This document shows, piece after piece, positions 37,076 to 47,416 of a stretch of DNA of 64,000 bases. The notes under the pieces are model-generated. The model ran no database searches and was not told the origin of the DNA. It saw only the letters and a list, made by a program, of their open reading frames with translations. This DNA comes from a virus (Duplodnaviria > Caudoviricetes). Made by a program: the position numbers and the translations under genes. Where the stretch lies: positions 69,959-133,958 of the IMG/VR virus record IMGVR_UViG_3300033075_001751; one strand, 5' to 3'. Position 1 is the stretch's first letter. The number at the start of each line of letters is the position of its first letter.

Positions 37076-37471
37076 ATGAATGATGAAAAAATCAAAGAAC
37101 TTTTGTCTGACCCTTCAAGTAGAAATCTAGGATTACTGCTTCTTGCTCAGACCATGGGCGATCCGGTAAGAGACTATGAGGTGCTTTCATCATGCCGAAA
37201 ACCTGATCTCGCTGTAACATTATTTGCCGCCATATATGGTACACGGTTGATCAGAACACCTTACGATTGGGGTGAAATCAAAAACAAACTCCCTTCGTTA
37301 AAGGTTTTATCACTAGTTCAATTTACAAAAAAGTTCACCTATCACCCAGTTACAAATAACACTGTCTCTCAAAGAGAAGTCTTGTTATACGAACTTGGAC
37401 CAGAGCTTGATTGTCATGAAGACATGATTGCTAGTAATCCCCCTAAATTTCTTGCTCATCTATTTGAATAA
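37076..37471 (+). CDS. N-module family protein 18
   Basis: EKIKELLSDPSSRNLGLLLL. Confidence 0.75.
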   Translation: MNDEKIKELLSDPSSRNLGLLLLAQTMGDPVRDYEVLSSCRKPDLAVTLFAAIYGTRLIRTPYDWGEIKNKLPSLKVLSLVQFTKKFTYHPVTNNTVSQREVLLYELGPELDCHEDMIASNPPKFLAHLFE

Positions 37472-37480
37472 TTCAACACA

Positions 37481-38443
37481 ATGACAGCTCTTACAGTAGG
37501 AGAAATGATCTCCATCTTGAAAAACTATGATCCTTCTCTTGTTCTTGTTTTCAATGACCGGGTGTACAATGAGGATTGTGTGCTTCACAACAAAACAGAA
37601 CCGAAAGAAGATATACTTGAATTTGAAGAAGGTGGTGGAGAAGAAACCCTCAAAATCTTGCGTTTCTCTGGACTTGACAATGATGTTTACTACCATACTT
37701 TAGACTAAGTACAATGCAAAACAAAACACTCATTGCCGCCGCAAAGAAGATACTCAAGGAACTTCTGCCTCAGTGTACTCCTGAAGAACAGCTCATGTTC
37801 AAAAGGATGTACTGTCACACAAATCTGCAAGCTTCTCCTGAAGAAGCAATTGAGCAGATGAATCCTGAGAAAATGGATTGGGCTATCACTCAAGTTGAAC
37901 AAACTCTTGAAAAACACAAAAACAATAAGACACTTCACCCCGATACAACCGAAAATGGCAACTGATACAGCTGTTCAAAAAGCTCCGGTCGATAAAACCC
38001 GGACCACTCCTCAGTTCTGGAAGAAAGTGTTTGCTCATATCGAAGCTGGAGGTTATACGATGAGCGGATTGACCAAGAACCAGATCATGAAGATCATCGA
38101 ACTCATGCGTACTACGACTATTGAATACAAAGGATATGGTACCAATCGTAGAACAATAAACGTTCACGGTGATTGCACTACAAGAGAATTGAAACTTGTT
38201 GCTCAGATGTTAAAAAACGTAAGTCCGCGCACAGCTTTGATTCTATATACTCTTGCTTGGAGTTCAAATTCAAATTTAGTATCGGCACCTGAAACCAGAG
38301 AATGGAGAATTACTTTGGCAATGAACCAAACATTTCCTTTTCCTCCCGTTTCCGATACCATTTTGAAATGTGTACACCATCCTAGTTCTTTGTACGCATG
38401 GTATGAAGACGATACTATCGGCAACTGTCTTGCTCAATCGTAA
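37481..38443 (+). CDS. three hypothetical proteins (37481-37708, 37714-37965, 37955-38443)
   Basis: Contiguous ORFs. Confidence 0.6.
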
Positions 38444-38614
38444 ATCCTGTTCCCGTAATGGAGGAACTTAAAACCGATTCTCCCTCATGATTGGCGCGAA
38501 GTATAGGTTGTGATTTGATGACAAAACCAACTTTAAGACTGGCAACCACATGAGAGGAAAAAACAGAGGGTTCTCAAAGTGAGGTAATCTCAATGTCCCC
38601 TGAGAATGGACCGG

Positions 38615-38658
38615 ACAGTCACAGGTAGACGTATTTCCTACTGTGACTGTGTTTTTTT
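38615..38658 (+). terminator. intrinsic terminator
   Basis: ACAGTCACAG...CTGTGACTGT followed by T7. Confidence 0.7.
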
Positions 38659-38689
38659 GTAATTTTTCATCACCAAAACTAATGTCATT

Positions 38690-39241
38690 ATGAAGACTAT
38701 CGAAACTACTATCACCATGCCCCGGGAAAAAGAGCTGTTTGGGTTTACTTTGAACGACAAAAAGTTCACCGGTAATCCTGCGGCAATTGAATTTACCCGT
38801 CCACTTCAACCAGGTGACAAGGTTGTTGCTGAGGTAAGCTATGTTGAGCTTACCAAAGTGAATGTCATCAAAAAGGTCACTTTACTTCGTGCGATACCAA
38901 ACATGCTTCAGTCGATTGTCTTGTTACAGGACTGGTATGTAAATTTGGTGCGCGAAAAGATGACCAAACGGGAAGTGGTGTGTACCAATTCGGAACTGAT
39001 CGCAAAGACCAAACGCTTTCCAAGCTTGGATGTCATCAAACCGGAATATTCGACACAACCAAATTGCGAGCTGTACCAGTACAAGCATGAGATTTCAGTT
39101 TCCGAATGGAGACGCAATCCACTTGTTCCCGAGGTCATGCTGGTTTGCAACGGTAAGCCGGTCGGATATCTCAACAAAAGCGGTAAGCGTTTGCAGTCGC
39201 TTGTTGATGAAATCCTTGATTTGACTCATGAAAGAGCGTGA
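38690..39241 (+). CDS. hypothetical protein
   Basis: 183-aa ORF. Confidence 0.65.
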   Translation: MKTIETTITMPREKELFGFTLNDKKFTGNPAAIEFTRPLQPGDKVVAEVSYVELTKVNVIKKVTLLRAIPNMLQSIVLLQDWYVNLVREKMTKREVVCTNSELIAKTKRFPSLDVIKPEYSTQPNCELYQYKHEISVSEWRRNPLVPEVMLVCNGKPVGYLNKSGKRLQSLVDEILDLTHERA

Positions 39242-39707
39242 TTCTCGATTTGAAAAAATCCGGGATCTTATGACATCCTCTGAAATCTCCGAAAGAAAAC
39301 TGGGTTGTTCGATGATTCAACAACTTGGTTTTCTTTCAGCAAGAGATTTTGTTGATTGGTATTGCAGTTCAGCAAACTATGGCACGAATCATGCGTTGTT
39401 GCTGATATTGTTTGCTGTACCTCAATGCACTTACTACGGTGGAATGCTGGCTGATTATCGTTTTCGAAGGATTAGATCTGATGTCAGGTGTCCGGTAAGG
39501 AAAAAACCGATTCTTACTCATGGTGAATATGATCCAAACTTCTTGAAAGTGCTTTTTACTACCATGGAGCACTATGGTCAAGATGTCACTGTCGCAAATG
39601 AAAAAGGATGGTTGCTTTGGAAAGGATCGAATGAAACCGATTGGAATTACAAAGTTACACCAGGTTCTTTTTCTCGTCCAATATCAGAAAAAGTAGCATG
39701 GAAATAA
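39228..39707 (+). CDS. N-module family protein 19
   Basis: EKIRDLMTSSEISERKLGCSMI. Confidence 0.75.
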   Translation: MKERDSRFEKIRDLMTSSEISERKLGCSMIQQLGFLSARDFVDWYCSSANYGTNHALLLILFAVPQCTYYGGMLADYRFRRIRSDVRCPVRKKPILTHGEYDPNFLKVLFTTMEHYGQDVTVANEKGWLLWKGSNETDWNYKVTPGSFSRPISEKVAWK

Positions 39708-40509
39708 ACACTCTAGTCAAACACAAGGTTTTATCTTCTCTCGGTATCGGTTGTGTCTCAAAAGAACTCAAACGCAGCTGCAGAGTGAATTTTGGTTCGA
39801 ATGATTGTTGGACAGTATCCAAACGGTTATTGGAGCCGGTCGATGTATCCAAATGCAAGACTCTCTCTTTTCAGAGATACAAGCGCAGAGTGCTGAATGT
39901 AGTCGATCTTGATATCAATAAAGTCATTGTCGGAAACGAAGTACATGAATTTGTAGGTATTGGGTGGATTGTGCTCGGTACAATAACAGAGAATGATTTG
40001 TCAAAGTATCCACGAGTAATTGAATAAAAATGAGTCAGACAGAATCACACATTGGTCGCCTTATTCCAGTAAAAGCAAATGAGGATGAGTCACGAGATGA
40101 CTTGATGAGGAAGATTCTTTTGGAAAACGGACATCCTCTTTTGGATCCAGAAGGTGTTTTTGACAAACTTCACGAATGGTTTGAAGAAGTCACAAATTTC
40201 AAGTATCTTTTTCACAAAGGTAAGTATTGGAAGATTGAAGGTATTGAACTGGATGACAGTGAAGACATCAATCTTGCCAACATGAACAATGACGGTACCT
40301 TCTCTTACGTTACCAGCTTTTACAATGGAGGAGCAAATCTTCATGAAGCTCTTAGCAATCTTCTTGACGGTGAAGTAAAACCTGTCGGTTTTGCTTTGGT
40401 TCCAACCGAGGAGTACACTTCTTTGATTGAAGACAGCATTCTTCTTGGAAAACTTCGTGCCGCCGGTGTCGATAACTGGGAAGGTTTCGACAGTGCTTTA
40501 AAACAGTAA
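39698..40509 (+). CDS. two hypothetical proteins (39698-40027, 40030-40509)
   Basis: Contiguous ORFs; the second ends in the common phage motif L.AAGVDNWEG. Confidence 0.6.
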
Positions 40510-40523
40510 TTCGCAACGAAAAT

Positions 40524-40835
40524 ATGAAAACGTTCAAAATTCAGTATTTGCTCATGATGTTTGCAGTTGTAGCGATTGTCCTGTTGCCTGGGTGCGCAGA
40601 CAATACTCCTGCAATGATTATTGTACAGGATCCTCCTCCTCATGTCTACGGGTTTTGGGGAGGATTGTGGCACGGTATGATTGCATTTCCCGATTTCTTC
40701 GCCAGTCTGTTCTGGGATGATGTCACAGTCTATGCCCAGAGCAACAACGGGCACTGGTACCAATTTGGTTTTCTTTGGGGAGCAGGTGTTATCTTTGGAG
40801 GTAGCTCATCTGTTGTTTCAAAGGTTCGGCGTTAA
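40524..40835 (+). CDS. membrane lipoprotein
   Basis: LPGC lipobox, GFWGGLWHG...NNGHWYQFGF. Confidence 0.7.
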   Translation: MKTFKIQYLLMMFAVVAIVLLPGCADNTPAMIIVQDPPPHVYGFWGGLWHGMIAFPDFFASLFWDDVTVYAQSNNGHWYQFGFLWGAGVIFGGSSSVVSKVRR

Positions 40836-40953
40836 TTGATGTTTCTCTCTGTTTGTCCGCAAATCGTTTTTGGTTGATTGTCCTTTGCGGACCGGGATGG
40901 CGTGGTCTCTCCGATCATTGCCATCCCTTGAGAGAGGAGAAAGGAAAATCAAA

Positions 40954-41529
40954 ATGAAAGAAAAAGAAGAAGAAGAAAAAAGAGAAAACCAGAAAATTGC
41001 AGACCTCCTCTTCGATCTTGACTCCCGACTGTTAGGAATGGAAATGTTGGGAAGATTCGACACGGAAAGAATAGTAACCATTCTCGACATGACTAAATTC
41101 GAATCTGATCAAAAAATTGGAAAGATTGGGACGATGACATTTACCTACCTTGATATGAATCCACAACGCGACAAAATTTTTGAGCTCCTGAGAAGCAAAA
41201 ATGTTGCTGAAGTAAAACTTGGTCTTATGTTGTGCCCTAAAGAACCAGCTGACATTATCGAAATGTTTAAGGAAACTGTATTCCTTACACCTGTAATGCA
41301 TTACTTTTTCTATATCTATGCCTACAGTTTGATGGGAATAGATGAGACAGTTAAGCAAAAGCGTCATGCATGGCAATTGTTAGAAGAAGGTTGTCATAAA
41401 GCCTACTCTTGGGGTAGTACGATTCGTAAGGATATTGAGGGTTTTGATGAAGAAGACATGGAAAAAATTTCTTGTCGAAACTATTACAAACATTCCCTTA
41501 ATCTGAATGCTTTTAAACGTGAACCATGA
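40954..41529 (+). CDS. N-module family protein 20 (two module copies)
   Basis: QKIADLLFDLDSRLLGMEML and internal (41155) MNPQRDKIFELLRSKNVAEVKLGLML. Confidence 0.75.
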   Translation: MKEKEEEEKRENQKIADLLFDLDSRLLGMEMLGRFDTERIVTILDMTKFESDQKIGKIGTMTFTYLDMNPQRDKIFELLRSKNVAEVKLGLMLCPKEPADIIEMFKETVFLTPVMHYFFYIYAYSLMGIDETVKQKRHAWQLLEEGCHKAYSWGSTIRKDIEGFDEEDMEKISCRNYYKHSLNLNAFKREP

Positions 41530-41915
41530 GACAGGAGCAGCTTGCAAAAATATCCGAACTTTTATCTGATCCAGCTTCATGTAAGTTGGGATTGGATATG
41601 GTGTTGCTTCTTAAATCTAATGGTCAAGAAGTTACTGCTCAAGAAATGTGCAGAATTATACAGCGTAGTAGTTTGTCAAACTTGCGCAAAGGTACCCTTG
41701 CTACATATCTCATGTATGTAGACAGTTTGACTTTTAACAACACATTAACCAATCCTTCCAATGAAGTGTCTGTTGCATTTGACGACTGGTTTGAAGGAAG
41801 AATAGCTGACGCAAAATGGAAACCTACTTGGTTGATTACCGCACATGATGATGGTGATCATTTTGATCAACGTCTGACACTTACTGACATGGGAATATAT
41901 GGATTCAGAAGTTGA
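41526..41915 (+). CDS. N-module family protein 21
   Basis: AKISELLSDPASCKLGLDMV. Confidence 0.75.
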   Translation: MRQEQLAKISELLSDPASCKLGLDMVLLLKSNGQEVTAQEMCRIIQRSSLSNLRKGTLATYLMYVDSLTFNNTLTNPSNEVSVAFDDWFEGRIADAKWKPTWLITAHDDGDHFDQRLTLTDMGIYGFRS

Positions 41916-42282
41916 CAAAATTATTGATCTCATACGGGACCGTGAGACTAGAGGACTGGCTATTGCAATGATGATTCACCTTGACGATGACAGTCTCCTT
42001 GCTGTGATGCTCGGCTTGGATGTTTCTGATGGATCTTTTGTGAAGTTGCTGTCGGTTTCATTCTTTGAACGAAAACAGTTTTGCGTTAACGGAGAAATAG
42101 GCTTACGTGACTTTTTTAAAGAAGCATGGTTTCTTAATCCAAAACGACTAAATGAGATGTTTCGATTTGGATTTCTCCTTCGCAAAAAGATTCCTACTTG
42201 TCCTCTTGGTCATTTGACTTCTCATCTCATATCCCTCATCGACGAAGTAGGCACCATTACATACGAAAACCAAGTCAAATGA
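41899..42282 (+). CDS. N-module family protein 22
   Basis: DKIIDLIRDRETRGLAIAMM. Confidence 0.75.
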   Translation: MDSEVDKIIDLIRDRETRGLAIAMMIHLDDDSLLAVMLGLDVSDGSFVKLLSVSFFERKQFCVNGEIGLRDFFKEAWFLNPKRLNEMFRFGFLLRKKIPTCPLGHLTSHLISLIDEVGTITYENQVK

Positions 42283-42593
42283 ACCACAGCTTTCAAAAAA
42301 TAGCAGATTTACTTGAGTCTGATCTAAAAGAAGAACGTGTTCTTGGTAGAATCATGCTAGAGCAACTTGACAAATGCGAACCAGTGTTGGATTTGTTGAA
42401 AGTTTCTCAAAATTCTTGTTTGCTTTGGGTTTGGTTTTATGGACAACCTGTAAATTTTGGTGACTATCGTTCATATAGTACTTTTTATGGAGATAATCGT
42501 TACAAAAGAACTATATTCAAACAGCTAAAACTACTTAATTCAATACCGTATTCTGGAATGTTTCTTGACAAATGGGATATAAATGAAAGCTAA
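42279..42593 (+). CDS. N-module family protein 23
   Basis: QKIADLLESDLKEERVLGRIML. Confidence 0.75.
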   Translation: MNHSFQKIADLLESDLKEERVLGRIMLEQLDKCEPVLDLLKVSQNSCLLWVWFYGQPVNFGDYRSYSTFYGDNRYKRTIFKQLKLLNSIPYSGMFLDKWDINES

Positions 42594-42999
42594 ACTGAAC
42601 GACCACCAAGAAAAAATTCGTGAGCTTCTATACGGAGAACCGAAAGAAAAGCTTCTTGCATTACTGCTCATGAAAGACTGGACATTAAGTGAGATTTGTA
42701 GCTTTCTTAACAGTATCCGAAAAACGGGAGTTTGGCGAAATACTGAATGTACTCTTGTCGTCTTACTTTTATTTTCAGAAGAACTAGTTCATCGAAAAGC
42801 TTGGAAAGGATGGAACGCAATACGATCGTATGCAGCATTATCTTGGAACAGAAACCATATTCCGGATAAAATGGGTGTTTTATCTGGCGATCAAATAAGC
42901 TACGGTCACAATCGAAACGTTGCAAATTGGTTGTTTGACAACGTTTTACTGGGAATGGGATGTGAACTTCCGGTTGATCTGTTCAAAGAAGTCAAATGA
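42583..42999 (+). CDS. N-module family protein 24
   Basis: EKIRELLYGEPKEKLLALLLM. Confidence 0.75.
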   Translation: MKAKLNDHQEKIRELLYGEPKEKLLALLLMKDWTLSEICSFLNSIRKTGVWRNTECTLVVLLLFSEELVHRKAWKGWNAIRSYAALSWNRNHIPDKMGVLSGDQISYGHNRNVANWLFDNVLLGMGCELPVDLFKEVK

Positions 43000-43784
43000 A
43001 CCCATACACATGTAATTTAAACTTGATGAAAAAGATATTCAATTGGTTATTCAAGGGCAGATTGAAACCTGTCGTTATTGATGCAGACAAACTGAGTGAA
43101 AAGGCTCAAGAGTTTGCAATGAAAGGTGCCTTGTCTGTAGTAGAGGAGTACTACACAGGTTACCATTCACCGTTCAAAAAAGCATTGACGGCACAACTTG
43201 AGGAACATAAGGTAGCCTGGCGCATGGAGTTGCCGGACATCATGGCTCTCATTAATGATTCACTTTCAGCCGAAATCACACAGGTTGCTAACACCGTTGT
43301 AGCAAAATCATTTGTCCCGCTAATGAACCGGATGCTTTCTCGTGCGGACAAAGAGATGTTGTTTTCAGATTTGTTGAAAGGTTTTATCAAAGACAATGAC
43401 GCTGAATACGATGATTGCCGGATTAACATAGAGGAACCGACGGGTGACATTTATCTTCACATGACTGTTAAGCTTTCTTGCAAAGAAGAAACTTGGGAAT
43501 TGAGGTTTATGAGCGACTACAAGGATCATCTGAAACTCCCAAAAGACAGACGATACAATCTCAGCTCGTTGCCTTCTCGCCAATCGACAGCGCGTACTTA
43601 TGAAGCACCCAAGATGAAACTCTCAATTGACGGTGCAACATTGGAAATGCCTTTTACAAGGGATGTACTTTCGGACAGCTTTACTGCTTCATGCGCATCC
43701 TATATGATCGCTAATACCAAATTCCAAATGGATTGCGACGATTTTGATGAGGACATGTTTGAAAACGATCGCTGTACCTGCTGA
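42996..43784 (+). CDS. hypothetical phage protein
   Basis: Long coupled ORF without the module. Confidence 0.7.
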   Translation: MNPYTCNLNLMKKIFNWLFKGRLKPVVIDADKLSEKAQEFAMKGALSVVEEYYTGYHSPFKKALTAQLEEHKVAWRMELPDIMALINDSLSAEITQVANTVVAKSFVPLMNRMLSRADKEMLFSDLLKGFIKDNDAEYDDCRINIEEPTGDIYLHMTVKLSCKEETWELRFMSDYKDHLKLPKDRRYNLSSLPSRQSTARTYEAPKMKLSIDGATLEMPFTRDVLSDSFTASCASYMIANTKFQMDCDDFDEDMFENDRCTC

Positions 43785-44203
43785 TGAGGAATGACAAAAT
43801 CCGGGAGTTACTCCAGTCTTCGAACAAAGCTGAACGAGTCTTGGGTGTACAGATGATCTGTCAGATACCATTTGAAGATGCAGTTCATACTCTGTATGGT
43901 TTTGATACGTCTTTGCAGATTAGAGATTTTTCAGCTTATCTGACACAAAACATGATTCTCCATGCATGTTTTGAAATTCGAAAACTTAGAGAACAGTCGT
44001 TTTGTTATCTGCACATGACATCAAAGCATCCAAATTTGATGCAATATGTTCGTGGCGGAATTGAAGTTTCTCCAAAGAAAACTCCTTGGTTGTGTTTGCA
44101 AGACATTGAATCTCTTGGACTTTTTCGTGAAATGATCGAACCTTTTGGTATTGAGTCGTCTATCGATGACTGGGAAAAGAATTACAACAGTGGACAAATA
44201 TGA
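43784..44203 (+). CDS. N-module family protein 25
   Basis: DKIRELLQSSNKAERVLGVQMI. Confidence 0.78.
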   Translation: MRNDKIRELLQSSNKAERVLGVQMICQIPFEDAVHTLYGFDTSLQIRDFSAYLTQNMILHACFEIRKLREQSFCYLHMTSKHPNLMQYVRGGIEVSPKKTPWLCLQDIESLGLFREMIEPFGIESSIDDWEKNYNSGQI

Positions 44204-45282
44204 ATGAAACGTTTGAGTTGAAATCAGCAAACCTCAAATTCGTTGAGGGAAGTAGCGCAAAAGGCTACAAATGTGAAATTGCTCCCAATGGTACAGGTTG
44301 GGATGTAAAGTTTGCATACGGTAGACTTGGTACCTCATTTACCACAGGGACCAAAAATCCTAAACCTGTGAGCTACCGCGATGCAGTCAAAATCTTTGAC
44401 AAACTCGTTGCGGAAAAAACAGGTAAAGGGTACCGTCACGAAGGATCACTTGTTACCTCTATTCAAACGAGTGATAAGGTTGACACTGGCATCCGACCAA
44501 TGCTTCTCAATGAAGTTGTAGATGAAGCGGAATTGGAACGCTTGCTGGATGATGACCGTTGGGACATGCAGGAAAAGTTTGATGGTCGCCGGTTATGCAT
44601 TGAACTGAATGGAGATCAGTCGATTGCATGTAACCGGAAAGGTCAACAGGTTCCTGCAGACCTATACATTCATCACATGCGTCAAATGAATCCTGCTCCT
44701 GGTCTTTACGATGGTGAAGACATGGGTGACAAATTTGTCATTTTTGACTTTCAAGGTGAAAATCGTGACCGGGGATTTGTTCCTTGGGGTAACCGGGTTC
44801 GTTCCATCTGGTCAAAAAGTGATTTTGGTTCTATCAAATTTGCACCTGTTTACGAACAAGGAGACAAGCGTATTGCCTTCAATGAGATCAAAGCTCGTAA
44901 TGGAGAAGGTGTTGTATTTCGTTTTAGTGGAGGAATGTATCGCGCAGGACGACCCAATAGTGGAGGTGACATTCTAAAATGGAAGTTCAAGGCAAGCATT
45001 ACTTGCTCGGTCATCAAAGTGAACGACAAGCGATCGGTTCAACTGGGACTTCGCAAGATATGTAACATTACCGGACTACCCATTTTTGACTTTGTAGGTA
45101 ACGTGACGATTCCTGCTAACCACGACATTCCCGGAATCGGCGATGCTGTAGAAGTGGAATATCTCTACGCTTATCAGGGAGGATCGTTGTATCAGCCGGT
45201 GTACAAAGGAAAAAGAGATGATGTCCCTGTGGACGGATTTGACAAGTTGAAATTTAAACCTGAAGAGGAAACAGAATTATGA
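44200..45282 (+). CDS. WGR-domain ATP-dependent DNA ligase
   Basis: N-terminal AYGRLG...EKTGKGY (WGR), QEKFDG motif I, EGVVFR motif IV, LKWK motif V, OB-fold VEVEY. Confidence 0.85.
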   Translation: MNETFELKSANLKFVEGSSAKGYKCEIAPNGTGWDVKFAYGRLGTSFTTGTKNPKPVSYRDAVKIFDKLVAEKTGKGYRHEGSLVTSIQTSDKVDTGIRPMLLNEVVDEAELERLLDDDRWDMQEKFDGRRLCIELNGDQSIACNRKGQQVPADLYIHHMRQMNPAPGLYDGEDMGDKFVIFDFQGENRDRGFVPWGNRVRSIWSKSDFGSIKFAPVYEQGDKRIAFNEIKARNGEGVVFRFSGGMYRAGRPNSGGDILKWKFKASITCSVIKVNDKRSVQLGLRKICNITGLPIFDFVGNVTIPANHDIPGIGDAVEVEYLYAYQGGSLYQPVYKGKRDDVPVDGFDKLKFKPEEETEL

Positions 45283-46508
45283 GTACAGTGATGTTTATCC
45301 CAAAAGTCTGCCGAGTGGGATGGCAGGAAAGAGACGACACCTACAGCAAAAAGTTGTCTTACATCATTTACTATGATGAGAAAGGCAAACTTCGCAAAGA
45401 GACCAGTTTCGAAGGTTGGCGGGACGAGAAGATTGAACCAATGGATTTTGACAATGTTCCTACCAGCGGTATCGTTCTCAACAAAGGAATCAAACGTGGA
45501 GGATGGGATCATTTCAGCCAGGTAGTACAGAAGGTCCGGGTCTATGATCCTCGTTGTGGTGGAATGGAATTCGAGATTACAATCAACAATCTCATTTACA
45601 TTCTGATGCATGATGACTGTACAAAGCGTGAGCTTATGGGTCAATATGTGTATGCTTGGGCTGGAAAAGAATTGACTTTGTTACCAGTGAGCAGCGAAGA
45701 CTACGTTGAATCTGCTAGGGTTACAAACCTCAAAGATACTAAAGTAAGTGCCAAAGATGTAGTGCCTGGTAAAAGCTATTTGACAAAAGACGGAGCAAAT
45801 CTTCTGTATGTCGGTAGGTTTGAAGTCAAGCATTACAAGCAAGAATCTGAAAAGATTGAAGGATCTCAAAGAGAAGTAAGACATTCATACGGATACGGAA
45901 CTGTTTTACAGTGGGATTGGAAGTACAGATCTTGGATTGAGTCTAAAAAACGTCATGTGTTTAAACTTTTGTCGGGAAACTGTTCCGGAGATTCAATTGA
46001 GATCGGTGAGGAAACGTTTATGACACTTGACGGATTTCAAAAGCTTTCAAGAGAATCAGCAGATTTTAACCAAGAAGCTTTTAATCAAGCTTCCTCGACA
46101 TATTTGCAATCTTGTTTCAGTTCTCGGAACATTGTAGAAGTCATTGAAGACAAAACCCTTCTTGAAGAATGGATGAAAAGTACCTTTGATGGTGACAACT
46201 ATCAAACAGTTGCTTTTACAAAAGACGAAAAGGGATATACAGCTATTTTCCCTCAAAGCCGATCAGTGTATAATCATACTACGCAGACGTATATCCGAGA
46301 TGGATTTACCAAAGGGTATTATGATTCTACTCAACGTTTTCAATTTGATACGATTCCTATTGCATCTGAACCGAAAAGAAATGAAGGTAAAAATGTTCCT
46401 TACAGTGGTACTCTTTGGGAGTTGACCGACGAACAATTTGGAATCAAATTGAAACTTGAAAATGGTTCTATTGTTACATTTTCTAATTACATCAAAAACA
46501 AAGGTTAA
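45279..46508 (+). CDS. conserved large-phage hypothetical protein
   Basis: KLRKETSFEGWRD...VYDPR...FEITINNL...VYAW motif set. Confidence 0.7.
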   Translation: MSTVMFIPKVCRVGWQERDDTYSKKLSYIIYYDEKGKLRKETSFEGWRDEKIEPMDFDNVPTSGIVLNKGIKRGGWDHFSQVVQKVRVYDPRCGGMEFEITINNLIYILMHDDCTKRELMGQYVYAWAGKELTLLPVSSEDYVESARVTNLKDTKVSAKDVVPGKSYLTKDGANLLYVGRFEVKHYKQESEKIEGSQREVRHSYGYGTVLQWDWKYRSWIESKKRHVFKLLSGNCSGDSIEIGEETFMTLDGFQKLSRESADFNQEAFNQASSTYLQSCFSSRNIVEVIEDKTLLEEWMKSTFDGDNYQTVAFTKDEKGYTAIFPQSRSVYNHTTQTYIRDGFTKGYYDSTQRFQFDTIPIASEPKRNEGKNVPYSGTLWELTDEQFGIKLKLENGSIVTFSNYIKNKG

Positions 46509-46509
46509 G

Positions 46510-47264
46510 ATGGCTAAGACACAAAAAGACGACCAGATCATTGTGCAGTTGCAAGAAGCGGTCGAAAAGAAGAAACGTGAGCTCAAAGCAGTTAATGAGC
46601 CCAATGTGACCAACTTGTCTTTCGGGTTTACTGAATCCCAATCGGACCGGCAAAACATCGCGGTGCAGAATATTGACTGGGTGGTACGCGCACTTGCCTG
46701 GCTCATCATGATGAAGGAATGTTGGGAAAAATCCGCAGGTATTCTTGGAGTCAAAACTGAGTTCAAATGGTTGGGCTACACCTATGCAGAATGGGAGAAA
46801 GACCTGGTGCGACGAGCCGGCAAGATCAATTATGCCGAGGAGAAGGCAAAATTGGAACGCTTGGAAGCACGTTTGGAAGAATTGCTCAGTCCTGATGCGA
46901 AAAAGAAGAAGGAGCTGGACTCCATGATGAAAGATCTTCTTGGCTGATGACCAAATCTGATTACGAGGTCGAGGTGTTTGAAGAATTCATTTGTATCCGT
47001 GATCTCAACATGGGCGGAATGTCGGTTACGAATAACATTGAGTCCGTGATCAAAGAGATTGCTGTTCGGGTTCATAAGGAGCTAGGACAGCCTTTAAGGT
47101 GTTTCAAGCTTTTGTACATGGATTCGGAAAAGACGGTAGACGGTATTCGAACTTGTGATAACCGGTTTCATTCATTCTACGGATTGGGAATGAAAACTTT
47201 TCGGGAAGCTTCACTCAATGCTCTGGGAATGGTCATTGACAAAGAAGGTAACTTGCTGAGTTGA
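46510..47264 (+). CDS. two hypothetical proteins (46510-46947 coiled-coil; 46947-47264)
   Basis: Coupled ORFs. Confidence 0.65.
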
Positions 47265-47274
47265 TGAAAACCGT

Positions 47275-47282
47275 TATATTTG
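47275..47282 (+). promoter_or_regulatory. Bacteroidota sigma-A-type promoter of the RNA cluster
   Basis: TTG-N19-TATATTTG. Confidence 0.65.
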
Positions 47283-47318
47283 CAATTGTTCACAATCGAA
47301 ATTTACGATAAAAAAGGT

Positions 47319-47383
47319 GTCACTTGTAGCTCAGTTGGTAGAGTTGCGGCAGCAGTCGGTGGTTCGAGTCCACTCAAGTGACC
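47319..47383 (+). ncRNA. tRNA-like RNA lacking a normal anticodon arm
   Basis: Acceptor GTCACTTG/CAAGTGAC, D arm GCTC-AGTTGGTA-GAGT, T arm GGTGG-TTCGAGT-CCACT; anticodon arm is only TGC-GGCA-GCA. Confidence 0.7.
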
Positions 47384-47416
47384 TAGTTCTAATTTCTTAA
47401 ATCGTTCTTTGTTAAT

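Noticed and set aside
33492-37965. ORFs 33492 (RVKELLLQ) and 37714 (KILKELL) as family members
   Set aside because: They lack the second-helix L[GA]xx[ML] motif.
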